NCBI GenBank assembly: GCA_963716725.1 | Contig: CAVQUB010000010.1 | Span: forward strand, 96,001 to 160,000 | Direction: 5' to 3' | DNA: 64,000 bases | From: an uncultured delta proteobacterium | GTDB lineage: Bacteria; Myxococcota_A; Polyangia; Polyangiales; Polyangiaceae | Shown: positions 52,518-62,097 of the stretch, piece by piece | How the letters are laid out: each line of letters opens with the position of its first letter | How positions within the stretch are numbered: the first letter of the stretch is position 1 | Notes under the pieces: generated by a model | Seen by the model: only the letters and a program-made list of their open reading frames with translations | Database searches by the model: none | Told to the model about the DNA's origin: nothing | Program-made: the position numbers and the translations under genes

Positions 52518-52937
52518 CTAGTACGGACTCGCTCCGAAGGCATCTCGCAGCCGATCCTCGACGCTCGGGTTCGGGCTGGGCAGACCGATGCGCAACGTGA
52601 TGGTCGTGTCGTCGCCCCACGGCCACCAGAGCCCATACACGATGGCGCCGCCGCTGGAGTTCGTAGAGAAAATCCACTGGTCGGCGCGGACTCCGCCGGT
52701 CTTCTCGGCGATCTGCTGCACCAAGGGCGGGGCCGTTCCCAGCGTGCGGTGGTTCCAGCGGCCAGGGAAGGTGATCGCCAGAGCCCCGTTGGCCTCCTCG
52801 ACGAGCTCCACCGAAAACGCGGAAGCGACGCAGGAGAAACGCGAATCCCAGCTCCAGCCCCGCTTGGGCCACTTGGCGCGGAACTCGGCAAGCTGCGACA
52901 AGAGGGGGTCGAAGGCGGTGTTCGATCGCTGGTTCAT
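52518..52937 (-). CDS. Hypothetical Trp-rich protein
   Basis: Good codon usage; WSWDSRF, GGVRADQ, LWWPWGD; fills the gap between confident genes. Confidence 0.7.
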   Translation of the reverse strand: MNQRSNTAFDPLLSQLAEFRAKWPKRGWSWDSRFSCVASAFSVELVEEANGALAITFPGRWNHRTLGTAPPLVQQIAEKTGGVRADQWIFSTNSSGGAIVYGLWWPWGDDTTITLRIGLPSPNPSVEDRLRDAFGASPY

Positions 52938-53018
52938 TCGCGTCCCGCAGCGTAGCCCGGACCGGGGTGGGTGTGGAACTCTCTTGCCGAGAGCGGCCCG
53001 CCGGGCTTCCATCCCTGC

Positions 53019-54035
53019 GTGCGGTTCCACCAGCTTTGGAAGGCCGCGAGCCTCGCGCTCGTCGCGGTGGCCTTGCTGATCTGTCCGGTGGCGCGGGCCG
53101 ATGGCGACGCCGAGCTGATCCGCGCGCGAAAGCTCTACGCCCAGGGTTTGACTCAGGAAGCTGCCGGCGACTGGGCCGGCGCCCTAGCGACCTTCGAGGA
53201 CGTGGCGCGCATCAGGGCCACGCCCCAGGTGAGATTCCACTTGGCCCGCTGCAAGGAGCATTTGGGGCGCTTCAACGAAGCGCTGGGCGGGTATCGAATC
53301 GCCGAATACGAGGCAGAACAGGCGGCGAGCAAGGAGCCGACGCTGCTCGACGAGGTGAGGAAGGCGCGCGTCGCCCTCGAGGGGCGCATCCCGAAGCTCA
53401 CGATCGCGAGGGGCAAGGGGGCGGAAGCCATCAAGATTGAGCTCGACGGGGTCGCGCTCGGTGACACTCAGATCGGGCAGCCCATCACCTTGGATCCGGG
53501 ACCGCACGTCGTGACCGGGATCGTCGAGCGGGGCAAGACCTTCAAGAAGATGCTGAACGTGGCCGAGGGCGACGCAGTCCGAGTCGAGCTCGACGTGCCG
53601 GACGAGCTGGTGGAGCAGCCTGTCGCGCCGCCGCTCGCAACGAACCCGGTCGAGCCCCCACGCGGGCCCGCCGAGCCCCCGGGACCTCCCGCTCGGCAGG
53701 CGCGCTCGGCTGCGCCCTGGATCATCGGTGGGATCGGTGTCGCGAGCCTGGCGGCGTCGGCCGTGTTCTATTCGCTGCGCGCGAAGGCCGAAGACGAGCT
53801 GGACCAGGGGTGTCTCGGCCGCACCTGTCCCGACACTCTGAAGGGTACCCAGCAGAACGGCGAGACCTACGCAGCTCTCACTGGAGTCACGCTCGGGATC
53901 GGCGTCGTCGGGGTCGGCGCGGGCGTGTTGATGTTGCTCGGACAGAAGAGCCCCGCTCCGAGCTCGACCCAGCCCACGGCCGCGCTACAACTGGGTCGGG
54001 GCGCCGCAGCGGTCAGCTTCCGCGGGCGCTTCTGA
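53019..54035 (+). CDS. TPR + PEGA protein with two hydrophobic helices, ending ...FRGRF
   Basis: Signal VARA-D; ARKLY.QG...E.AGDW..AL; LDPGPHVV; start 53019 (or 52971). Confidence 0.85.
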   Translation: MRFHQLWKAASLALVAVALLICPVARADGDAELIRARKLYAQGLTQEAAGDWAGALATFEDVARIRATPQVRFHLARCKEHLGRFNEALGGYRIAEYEAEQAASKEPTLLDEVRKARVALEGRIPKLTIARGKGAEAIKIELDGVALGDTQIGQPITLDPGPHVVTGIVERGKTFKKMLNVAEGDAVRVELDVPDELVEQPVAPPLATNPVEPPRGPAEPPGPPARQARSAAPWIIGGIGVASLAASAVFYSLRAKAEDELDQGCLGRTCPDTLKGTQQNGETYAALTGVTLGIGVVGVGAGVLMLLGQKSPAPSSTQPTAALQLGRGAAAVSFRGRF

Positions 54036-54046
54036 TCTGCTCAAAG

Positions 54047-55093
54047 GTGCGGTTGATACACGGATTTCGCGTCCTCGGAGCGTGGGCAACGCTGCCCGTC
54101 GTGCTCGCCTGCAGCATCGAGCTGACCGGGAGCGCTGATCCCGATTCAGGCGCCGCCGGGAGCGGAGGCTCGACCGTGGGCGGCTTCGGCGGCGGGGGCG
54201 CCAGCGACGACGCTGGCGCTGGCGGCGTTGCCGGTTCTCCGAGCAGCTGCGCCTCCGGATTTCAGTGCGTTCCCACGGCGAGCCTGCAGTGGGCGTATGC
54301 GTTTCTCGCGCTCGATGGCTTCGCGAATGGCGCCGGGCCACCCTGTCCCGACGGCGCCGATCCCCAAACTTATGCCAGCCTGCCGTCGGGAGCCGGAGGT
54401 TGCGCGCCCTGCCAGTGCGCGCCGCTCCAAGGCGGAGTCTGCACCGTCCCGCTCCTCTGTGCAGAGAATGCTACCTGCGCGAACGCGCAGAGCTACACGC
54501 GAACTGACGGCGACTGCGCGGGCAAGACCGGGAGCCCGACGCTCAGCTGCATGCTCGGGCCGCCGACGGTGGTGACGCCGGGCACCTGCGCCGCGAGCGG
54601 AGGCAGCGTTACGCAGATGGATCCCTTCGAGAAGCGAGCGTCGCTGTGCCTGGTCAAGGAGGGACCGGCGTGTGGGGCGACCTCGACCTGTGTTCCCGTG
54701 GGAACCGGCGTCTACGCGCCGTCGGTTTGCGTCTACTTGCCCGGCGAGCAGACCTGTCCCGGCGACTGGCCGACGTCGACCGTGATCTATCAGAAACACC
54801 TCGACCAGCGCGTGTGCTCACCCTGCACTTGCTCGCCCGGCTCAGTGACCTGCCTGGCCGAGTACCAGTTCTACGACGACATGTTGTGCGCCGGCAGCGG
54901 CAAGAAGGTGGCGAGCACCGCCTGCACCAACGTCAGCGGCGCGATCAACGATTTCTGGGCGGGCTGGGGCTACAAACGCAGCGGAGCGCCGGTTCAAGGT
55001 GGCGGCTGCGTTCCCGGTGGCGGCATCCCGAGCGGCGGGATCGTGGGCGATCCCAACGCCGTTATCACCGTCTGCTGTCGGCAAGCGCAGTGA
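54047..55093 (+). CDS. Cys-rich lipoprotein
   Basis: VVLA-C lipobox, Gly linker, two CxxCxC units, ends TVCC. Confidence 0.75.
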   Translation: MRLIHGFRVLGAWATLPVVLACSIELTGSADPDSGAAGSGGSTVGGFGGGGASDDAGAGGVAGSPSSCASGFQCVPTASLQWAYAFLALDGFANGAGPPCPDGADPQTYASLPSGAGGCAPCQCAPLQGGVCTVPLLCAENATCANAQSYTRTDGDCAGKTGSPTLSCMLGPPTVVTPGTCAASGGSVTQMDPFEKRASLCLVKEGPACGATSTCVPVGTGVYAPSVCVYLPGEQTCPGDWPTSTVIYQKHLDQRVCSPCTCSPGSVTCLAEYQFYDDMLCAGSGKKVASTACTNVSGAINDFWAGWGYKRSGAPVQGGGCVPGGGIPSGGIVGDPNAVITVCCRQAQ

Positions 55094-55136
55094 GGTAGAG
55101 TCTCCCGGGTCGGGTCTCGAGACTCGCGCGCCGGAC

Positions 55137-56342
55137 ATGCTCGAATTCGAAGACCCCCAAGAGCTCGTGGGTGCCACCTTGGATCGACGGTGGCGCCTGA
55201 AGCGCGTCTTGGGGCAAGGCGGCCTCTCGGCGGTCTTCGAGGCCGAGCCTGTGGAGGGTGGTGGGACCTCAGCGGTCAAGGTGTTGCGGGCCGAGTTCGG
55301 AGAAAACCAGGAGGTCGTGACCCGGTTCCTGAACGAGGTGCAGGCGAGCGCTCGGGTCGACCATCCCGGAATCGCACGGGTCTACGAGGCGGCGCGAGCG
55401 CCGGACGGGACGCCGTACTTGGTCATGGAGCTCCTGCCGGGCGAGGCCCTGGCCGATCGAATGAATCGCGGTCGCGTTCCGGTCGAACAAGCGGTGGGCA
55501 TCGTGCAGAACATCCTGCGGGCGCTCTCGGCCGCGCACGCCGCCGGCGTCGTGCACCGCGACCTGAAGCCCGGAAACGTGTTCTTGACCGGCGCCGCCGA
55601 CGGCGGAACTGAAGCAAAGCTGCTCGACTTCGGCATCTCGCTGGTGCTCGACGCGGCCGGCGGCATGCACCGGAAGACACGCACCGGGATGATGCTGGGT
55701 ACGCCCGGCTACATGAGCCCGGAGCAGATCAAAGACATCAAGCACGCCGACGCTCGGGCCGATCTCTGGTCCTGCAGCATTCTGTTCTACGAGCTTCTCA
55801 CTGGAGTTCCGGCGTTCGAGGCAGAGAACGAGTTCGTGCGGGTCACCAAGGTCCTCACCAGCTCACCGACTCCCATCGAGCAGGTGGCTCCTCAATTTGC
55901 GCACTGGGGCCCCTTCTTCCAGCGGGCGCTCGCCCGAGAGTTGGCGGGGCGATTTCAGACCGCCTACGAGATGGCGCAGGCGATCGAGAGCGTGGCGCGC
56001 TCGGGACAGATGCCCAGTCCCTTGCTGCCGTCACCGGTCACCGCTGGCGCGGCTGAGTTCCCGACTGGGGCTGCGCAGCCCTCTGCGCCTGCGGGTCAGT
56101 ACCCGGCCAATCCTCCGCCTCCCGCCCCAGAGGCGGCCGCGCCGAGACGCTTCGGCGGTGACACGGCGGTGTCGGCGGGGCTGCCCGGTGGCGCGTCGTC
56201 CCCCCAGTCGATGCCGCCTTCGGTGCAGGTGGTCACGGTCCCTCGCCGGGGGCTCTCGCTGCCCCTGCCGCTGGCGCTGATCCTCTTCGGCATTGCCTTG
56301 ATGCTCGGCTTTGCCGCCGGGCTCTTCGTCGGCAGGTGGTGA
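55137..56342 (+). CDS. Ser/Thr kinase with C-terminal membrane anchor
   Basis: LGQGG, AVK, HRDLKPGN, DFG, GTPGYMSPE; terminal TM helix. Confidence 0.92.
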   Translation: MLEFEDPQELVGATLDRRWRLKRVLGQGGLSAVFEAEPVEGGGTSAVKVLRAEFGENQEVVTRFLNEVQASARVDHPGIARVYEAARAPDGTPYLVMELLPGEALADRMNRGRVPVEQAVGIVQNILRALSAAHAAGVVHRDLKPGNVFLTGAADGGTEAKLLDFGISLVLDAAGGMHRKTRTGMMLGTPGYMSPEQIKDIKHADARADLWSCSILFYELLTGVPAFEAENEFVRVTKVLTSSPTPIEQVAPQFAHWGPFFQRALARELAGRFQTAYEMAQAIESVARSGQMPSPLLPSPVTAGAAEFPTGAAQPSAPAGQYPANPPPPAPEAAAPRRFGGDTAVSAGLPGGASSPQSMPPSVQVVTVPRRGLSLPLPLALILFGIALMLGFAAGLFVGRW

Positions 56343-56376
56343 CGCCTGGGGCGGGCTCGGGTAGAAGTCGCCCACC

Positions 56377-56907
56377 ATGACCGAGCTCGACAGCCGCTGT
56401 CTCGAAGCGTTCCCGAACTGGTTGCGCACCCTCGGCGACGATGCGCGTGCGCTCGCGGCCCTGGTCGAGTCGAGCGCGACGCCCGCGTCGGTTCGGCGCG
56501 GGTCGGCCGCCGCCTTGAACTACCTCCTGCGTTCTCTCGATCTGATCCCGGATGGAATCGAGGATCTAGGCTTCATCGACGACGCCTTCGTGTTCAGGGT
56601 CGCGGCGGTCAGCGCCGACGCCGAGGGAGCAGAGCCTGTGCTTTCGCGCCTGGCCGCGGAGGCCGCGACCATCCGCGAGTTTCTCGAAGGCGACTACGAG
56701 CGTCTCGAGAACTATGTCGCGGCGCTCGGCAGCGCGCCGTCGCGGGGCCGCACGGTCGACGACATCCTCGCCGATGCATCCGTAACCGCCGAGTTCGTGC
56801 GCGATATCCGCGGCTGGGCCGACGCTTACACGGCCCCGACCTTTCATCGCGACGCGAAGAACCTGGTCAAGTTGCGGAGCTTCCTGGCGGCAAAGCTCCC
56901 GAAGTGA
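56377..56907 (+). CDS. DUF1232/YkvA-family protein
   Basis: YLL..LDLIPD....LGFIDD motif. Confidence 0.8.
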   Translation: MTELDSRCLEAFPNWLRTLGDDARALAALVESSATPASVRRGSAAALNYLLRSLDLIPDGIEDLGFIDDAFVFRVAAVSADAEGAEPVLSRLAAEAATIREFLEGDYERLENYVAALGSAPSRGRTVDDILADASVTAEFVRDIRGWADAYTAPTFHRDAKNLVKLRSFLAAKLPK

Positions 56908-56910
56908 AGC

Positions 56911-58647
56911 TCAGGCAATCGAGCGGGTACTGGCGTTCGCCCAGGGTTGCTCGGTGACTTCGTGCGTGGCTTCGCTGCTCTTCAGCTGAGCCATCAGGTC
57001 GCGACACTCCGGCCGCTCTTTGAGGCATTCCATCAGTGCGCTGCTGCCGTCGGTGAACGCCTTCTCCATACGGATGCCCTCGCGGGTGCGTGTTGCCACC
57101 TTCTCGCGTCCGCTCGCCAAATCTTCTTCCAGCGCTTCGGCGTAGCGCGCGAGCTGAGCACGAAGATCTTCGATCTGTCGGCGCAAATCTCGGGCGATGG
57201 ACTCTCGCCCCGTGCGGCGAGTCTCTCGCGTGGAGAGCCACTGACGTTTGGCTTCGACCATGGCGCGCGCGGCGCCGGCGCTCTCGAAGATGGCCCGTGA
57301 TCCCTGGCCGGAGCGTTCGGCACTGTCGGCTTGCCCCACCTTGTCCTTGGCCAGTTGCATAGCGGCGGTGAGCTCGCGCCGCGCGGCTTCTTCTTCTTCA
57401 CCGTAGGCAGCTGCGTCGCGCAGCGCGCGGCTCTCTTCTTGAGCCAGCTCCTCGACCTTGCGGCCGATCTCGGCGCGCAGTGCGCGTCCGCGCCGCTCGA
57501 GCGCCTCGAGCTTGCGAGTGTGGCTCGCGATTTCACCTTCGAGACCGTTGGCCTTCGCGGTGACCTCCCAGATGCTGGCCATGGCTTGGGCCAGCTCGGG
57601 CGTGGCGTTGCCCGCGGGGAACGCTCGCGCCAGCATGCGGGCGAAGAGGCCCGCGCGGTTCGCCCACTCGGTGACCGGGGTGGTCTTCGGCGGCGGCGGA
57701 GGCGGAGGCGCGACCTGGGGCTGCGGATCCCCGGCGCTCTCCTTGTCCCACGAGGTGCTGGGCAGGGACCGTTGCAGCGCCTTCAGCTCTTCGAGCAGAT
57801 GATGGCCGTCGCGGTAGCGCTTGCGCGCCTCCTTCTCGAGCAGCTTGAGGATGATCTTCTCCGCGACCGGGTTCACGTCCTTCTTGATGCCCGCGGGTCG
57901 GGGTGCGGGCGCCGTTCGCTGCATTTCGAGCAGTGTGTCGCGATCGGTGGCGCGGAACGGGAGCTGTCCCACCAACATCTCGAAGAAGAGCACGCCGAGC
58001 GCGTAGAGATCCGATTGCGGGCCGGCCTGCTCTCCACGCGCCTGCTCCGGAGACATGTACTCGGGCGTCCCGAACACGGCGCCCTTGGGCGCGAGTCGCG
58101 GATCGTGGGCGAGAGCAGCGAGCCCGAAGTCGAGGATCTTCACGAAGTCTTTGCGACCGCCGCGCTGCGTGAGCAGGATGTTGTCGCTCTTCAGATCGCG
58201 ATGCACGACGCCGAGGTCGTGGGCGCGCGCGAGCGCTGCTCCCATCTGCTCGAGGATGTCCACGCCGCGGGTGAGCGGCATCGGACCGCGCGCGAGCTCG
58301 GTCGAGAGGGGAGTGCCGATCAGGTACTCCATGACCAGATACAGCTCGCCCTCGTCGGTCTCGCCGATGTCGTGGATGTCGATGATGTGGGCGTGATCGA
58401 CCCGGTTGGCGGCGCGGGCCTCGCGCAGCATCCACGCCCGAAGGTGGGTCTCGCCGCGGAGGTCGGGCCGAATCAGCTTCACCGCAACGACGCGGTCGAT
58501 GAGCACGTGACGGGCGCGGTACACGATGCCCATGCCGCCCTCGCCGATCCGCGCCTCGAGGCGATAGCGCCCCGCAATGACCTTGCCGATCGCGGGATCC
58601 TCACCGCGTCCACGTGAGCTCGAGCGTTGCGGCGCTGCTTGTGCCAT
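56911..58647 (-). CDS. Cytoplasmic Ser/Thr kinase with coiled-coil C-terminus
   Basis: IGEGGMG, HRDLKSDN, DFG, GTPEYMSPE; poly-Pro linker; heptad-rich tail; no TM helix. Confidence 0.92.
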   Translation of the reverse strand: MAQAAPQRSSSRGRGEDPAIGKVIAGRYRLEARIGEGGMGIVYRARHVLIDRVVAVKLIRPDLRGETHLRAWMLREARAANRVDHAHIIDIHDIGETDEGELYLVMEYLIGTPLSTELARGPMPLTRGVDILEQMGAALARAHDLGVVHRDLKSDNILLTQRGGRKDFVKILDFGLAALAHDPRLAPKGAVFGTPEYMSPEQARGEQAGPQSDLYALGVLFFEMLVGQLPFRATDRDTLLEMQRTAPAPRPAGIKKDVNPVAEKIILKLLEKEARKRYRDGHHLLEELKALQRSLPSTSWDKESAGDPQPQVAPPPPPPPKTTPVTEWANRAGLFARMLARAFPAGNATPELAQAMASIWEVTAKANGLEGEIASHTRKLEALERRGRALRAEIGRKVEELAQEESRALRDAAAYGEEEEAARRELTAAMQLAKDKVGQADSAERSGQGSRAIFESAGAARAMVEAKRQWLSTRETRRTGRESIARDLRRQIEDLRAQLARYAEALEEDLASGREKVATRTREGIRMEKAFTDGSSALMECLKERPECRDLMAQLKSSEATHEVTEQPWANASTRSIA

Positions 58648-58722
58648 CGATGTTGTTTTCCGTCCTTCGAGGAGACCTCGGATGCTAGCGGAAAGCCCGC
58701 GCGCGCTCCAGAGGTGGGGTCG

Positions 58723-59388
58723 TCAGAAGACGAAGCGCATCACCGGCACACGGACCTCGGTCGACTGTTTGACGCCGAATTCCATGATCTCAGTGCGGGT
58801 GAAGGCGTTTCGGACCTCGACCGCGGGCACACTCAGCGTCACCGCGGTGGGACTCAGGCCCACGAGAGCCGGCGGCGCGGTGTACAGCTCCGCCTGCTGC
58901 ACCGGGCGACGGGCGATCCGGCGGGTACGCGCCTTCTTGACTGCGCCTTGCGGGGCGGGGGCTGCGCTCGGCTGGGCCGGCTCGGCTGCCGGCTCGTCCG
59001 CCGGGGCCCGGTCTTCCGTGGCGTCGACGGAGGGGGCTTGGTAGGCGGTGGCGTTCAACACAGCCACGGTGGTCGGGATCGCGAGGGCCATCCCGCCAGC
59101 GAGCAGATAGATGCTGATCTTGGGCTCGGCGCCGTCCTCGATGAAATAGCCGCCTACGCCGCCGGCGATGCCGCCGGCGATGCCGCCCACGGCGTAAGCC
59201 CACGGCTTCTTCACCTTGATGGCCGCTTCCACCAGCATGATCACTTCGGCACCCAGCAGCGCTCCGCCAGTGATGCCTTTGCCCGTTGCAGACGCCTCGG
59301 TCGCGTCCTCGGCGGCGCGCGCCGGGTTTCCGCTGAAAACCAGAGTCGCCGCGACAGCGGCTCCCGTGAGCAGGTGAAGAATACGCAT
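58723..59388 (-). CDS. Secreted/membrane protein with glycine-zipper helices, ending ...MRFVF
   Basis: GGAGG SD; signal PARA-A; GGALLGAE, GGIAGGIAGGVGG. Confidence 0.72.
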   Translation of the reverse strand: MRILHLLTGAAVAATLVFSGNPARAAEDATEASATGKGITGGALLGAEVIMLVEAAIKVKKPWAYAVGGIAGGIAGGVGGYFIEDGAEPKISIYLLAGGMALAIPTTVAVLNATAYQAPSVDATEDRAPADEPAAEPAQPSAAPAPQGAVKKARTRRIARRPVQQAELYTAPPALVGLSPTAVTLSVPAVEVRNAFTRTEIMEFGVKQSTEVRVPVMRFVF

Positions 59389-59540
59389 CGTTCCTCCGCA
59401 GGTGGGTCCCCGATCTCCGGTGTCCCAGCGTGCTGAAATGTTCGCGAAGGGTACCCTGGCCCCGGCCGGCCACCAAGGCCTAGCGCGGGGCCCCGGATTT
59501 CTGGGCGGCCGGCAGGGCAAAGACGGGCTAAATCAAGGGC

Positions 59541-60536
59541 ATGGGAGCCCTGGGCTGGCGCGCGGTGGTGGGAGCCAGCCTCGCGGTGCTCGGGGTACTC
59601 GCGCTGGGCCTGGCTGCGGGCGGCATCCGGCTCCTGCCGTGGCTCTGGGCGCCCGAGGTGCCGATAGAGGTCGCGCTGCCCTTTGCCCGGGCGCTCGGCG
59701 CCGCCGCCACCGAGACGGCGCTCGTGGTCGGGGCGCCGGTGGGTGCCGCCCTCGCGGTTGCGGGCTTCGTCGACCGCGGCGAGGCCCGCGCGCTGTTCGC
59801 AGTGGGGGCATCGCCCCTGCGCCTGGTGCTGGGCGCATCGCCCCGCATCGCGGCATTCGTGTTGGCTGCCGCTCTGGTCGGCGCAGCTTGGGGCTCCAGC
59901 GCGGACGTCCCCGGTCGCTTCGCCGCGGAGCTGGTCGAGCAAGGACGCGCGAGCTGCGCCCGCGCCACATCACCAAAGAGTGCGCAGGTCCCCTTGGTGG
60001 GAGTGACGTGGTTGTGTTTTCCGGGCGAGCCCCCGCGCGTGACCGGGGGGTTGCCTGGGCTTGGCGAGTTCGGTTCGTTCACTGCGCGAGCGCTCAGGCC
60101 GAGCGACGATCTGCGCCAAGTGCGCTTCGATGAGCTCCGCGTGTTCACGAGGAAGGTCGATGACCAGCCATCCCTCGAGCTGTCGGTGCAGACGGCGACG
60201 GTTCGCGGCCTGCCGGGTTGGGGACGGAGCGCAAAGCTCGGATTGGTCGTGCGGAGCGCCCTCTCGGCCGGCACGGCCATGGTGCTCGTGCTCGGGGTGG
60301 TCTTCAGTGTGCTTCACCTCGGAGTCACGCGACGGCTTGGCGCGCTCGCCCTCGGCGGCCTCCCGTCGCTGGCCGCGTTCACGTCACTCTCGCGCTTCGA
60401 CGCCAGCTCGCTGCCCGCGGCGGCGTGCCTTCTCGTCCCCTTCGTCGGAGCCGCGGCGCTGGTTGGGGTCGCGCTCGGGGCGCGAGCCTTTCCGGCGGAT
60501 CTGCGCTGGCTCCGGCGGCTTTCCCGGCGACGCTGA
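59541..60536 (+). CDS. LptF/LptG-like membrane protein
   Basis: 3 TM helices, then RGEARALFAVGASP motif, periplasmic segment and 3 TM helices. Confidence 0.55.
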   Translation: MGALGWRAVVGASLAVLGVLALGLAAGGIRLLPWLWAPEVPIEVALPFARALGAAATETALVVGAPVGAALAVAGFVDRGEARALFAVGASPLRLVLGASPRIAAFVLAAALVGAAWGSSADVPGRFAAELVEQGRASCARATSPKSAQVPLVGVTWLCFPGEPPRVTGGLPGLGEFGSFTARALRPSDDLRQVRFDELRVFTRKVDDQPSLELSVQTATVRGLPGWGRSAKLGLVVRSALSAGTAMVLVLGVVFSVLHLGVTRRLGALALGGLPSLAAFTSLSRFDASSLPAAACLLVPFVGAAALVGVALGARAFPADLRWLRRLSRRR

Positions 60537-60591
60537 CCGCGGTCCCAGCGCGTTGCCCGATCGTGCCGGCAATGTTAAACGTCGCGCTCCC

Positions 60592-60879
60592 ATGGGTGCC
60601 GGCCCTTGGCAGCTCGCTGTCATCGCCCTATTGCTTCTCGTCTTCTTCGGCAGAAGCCGGCTGGGGGAGATCGGGCGTGGGCTCGGTCGAGGCCTGCGGG
60701 CGCTCCGCGAGAGCGTGAAGGCAAGAGACGGTGAGGCCGGAGACGACGATGACACCGACGATGACGACGACGAACCCGCGCTCCCCCGGCGACGCGCCGG
60801 CAAGGGCGAAACTGGAGTGAGGAGCCGCCGGCACGTGATGGCAAAGCCACGCGAGCCGGACTCCGAGGCCGACGACTGA
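60592..60879 (+). CDS. tatA: Twin-arginine translocase TatA/E subunit
   Basis: GPWQL...LLVFFG..RL.EIGRGLGRGLR, acidic tail. Confidence 0.88.
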   Translation: MGAGPWQLAVIALLLLVFFGRSRLGEIGRGLGRGLRALRESVKARDGEAGDDDDTDDDDDEPALPRRRAGKGETGVRSRRHVMAKPREPDSEADD

Positions 60880-60887
60880 AGGAGCTG

Positions 60888-62090
60888 ATGGTGCCAACGA
60901 ACCTCGCAAAACGACTGGAAGCGGTGGCGCCGAGCGCGACCCTCGCGATGACCGCAAAGGCCGCGGAGCTCAGGGCGAAAGGCCGTAAGGTCTACGCTTT
61001 TGGCGTGGGCGAGCCCGACTTCGAGACGCCCGAGCACATCCGCCTCGCGGCGCAGGCAGCGATGGGCAAGAGTTCGCACTACACCGCGGTGCAGGGCACG
61101 GCCAGCCTGCGCGAAGCGATATGCGTCGCGACCGAACGGGACCGTGGGTGGCGGCCGACGCCGGACGCCGTCACCGTATCGGTTGGAGCGAAACACGCAC
61201 TCTTCAACCTGGCGATGGTGCTCTGTGACCCCGGTGACGAGTTCGTGATCCCCGCCCCGTATTGGGTGAGCTACCCGGAGCAGGTGCGCTTGTTCGGAGG
61301 CGTCCCAACGATCGTCGAGACCAGCGCCGAGCGCGGCTTCCGCATGACTCCCGAGGCACTCGATGCGGCCATCGGACCGCGGACCAAGGCCGTCATCTTG
61401 TGCACTCCGTCGAACCCGAGCGGAGCGGCCTACGACGCCGGCGAGCTCTTGGCTCTGGCCGAGGTGCTGAAGGCGCGCGACGTATGGATCGTGCTCGACG
61501 AAATCTACGGCGACCTGACCTACGAGGGTTTCGAGCACGTTTCGCTGGCCAAGCTGGCGCCGGAGCTGCGGGACAAGATGATCGTGGTCGATGGCGTGAG
61601 CAAGACCTACGCGATGACCGGCTGGCGCATCGGCTGGTCCATCACGCCGCCGGCGCTGGCCAAGGCCCTGCTGAAGGTGCAGGGGCAGTCCACCACCAAC
61701 GCCACCGCGATCGCGCAGGCCGCGGCGGAGGCAGCGCTGCTCGGTCCCCGGGAACCCATCGCCGAGATGGCCCGGATCTTCGCCGAGCGCCGGCGCCGAA
61801 TGGTCGAGGGGTTGAACGGAATCCCGGGCATGCGCTGTGACTGGCCGCGCGGCGCGTTCTACGCGTTTCCCGACGTCACGGGCCTCTACGGTATCCAGTG
61901 GGGCGACCGGCGGCTCGCGAGCGCGGACGACGTTTCGCTCTGGCAGCTCGAGGTCTGCGGGATCGCCGCGGTGGCGGGTGAGCCCTTCGGTGCGCCGGGC
62001 CACGTGCGCTACAGCTACGCTGCGGCCGAGTCCGTGATCGACGAAGCGCTCTCCGTCCTCGGCGCAGCGGTCGCTTCTGCAAAGCGTTGA
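60888..62090 (+). CDS. PLP-dependent class I/II (aspartate) aminotransferase
   Basis: VGEPDF, GAKHAL, PYWVSY, PSNPSG, DEIY, SKTYAMTGWRIG. Confidence 0.95.
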   Translation: MVPTNLAKRLEAVAPSATLAMTAKAAELRAKGRKVYAFGVGEPDFETPEHIRLAAQAAMGKSSHYTAVQGTASLREAICVATERDRGWRPTPDAVTVSVGAKHALFNLAMVLCDPGDEFVIPAPYWVSYPEQVRLFGGVPTIVETSAERGFRMTPEALDAAIGPRTKAVILCTPSNPSGAAYDAGELLALAEVLKARDVWIVLDEIYGDLTYEGFEHVSLAKLAPELRDKMIVVDGVSKTYAMTGWRIGWSITPPALAKALLKVQGQSTTNATAIAQAAAEAALLGPREPIAEMARIFAERRRRMVEGLNGIPGMRCDWPRGAFYAFPDVTGLYGIQWGDRRLASADDVSLWQLEVCGIAAVAGEPFGAPGHVRYSYAAAESVIDEALSVLGAAVASAKR

Positions 62091-62097
62091 CCATCGA

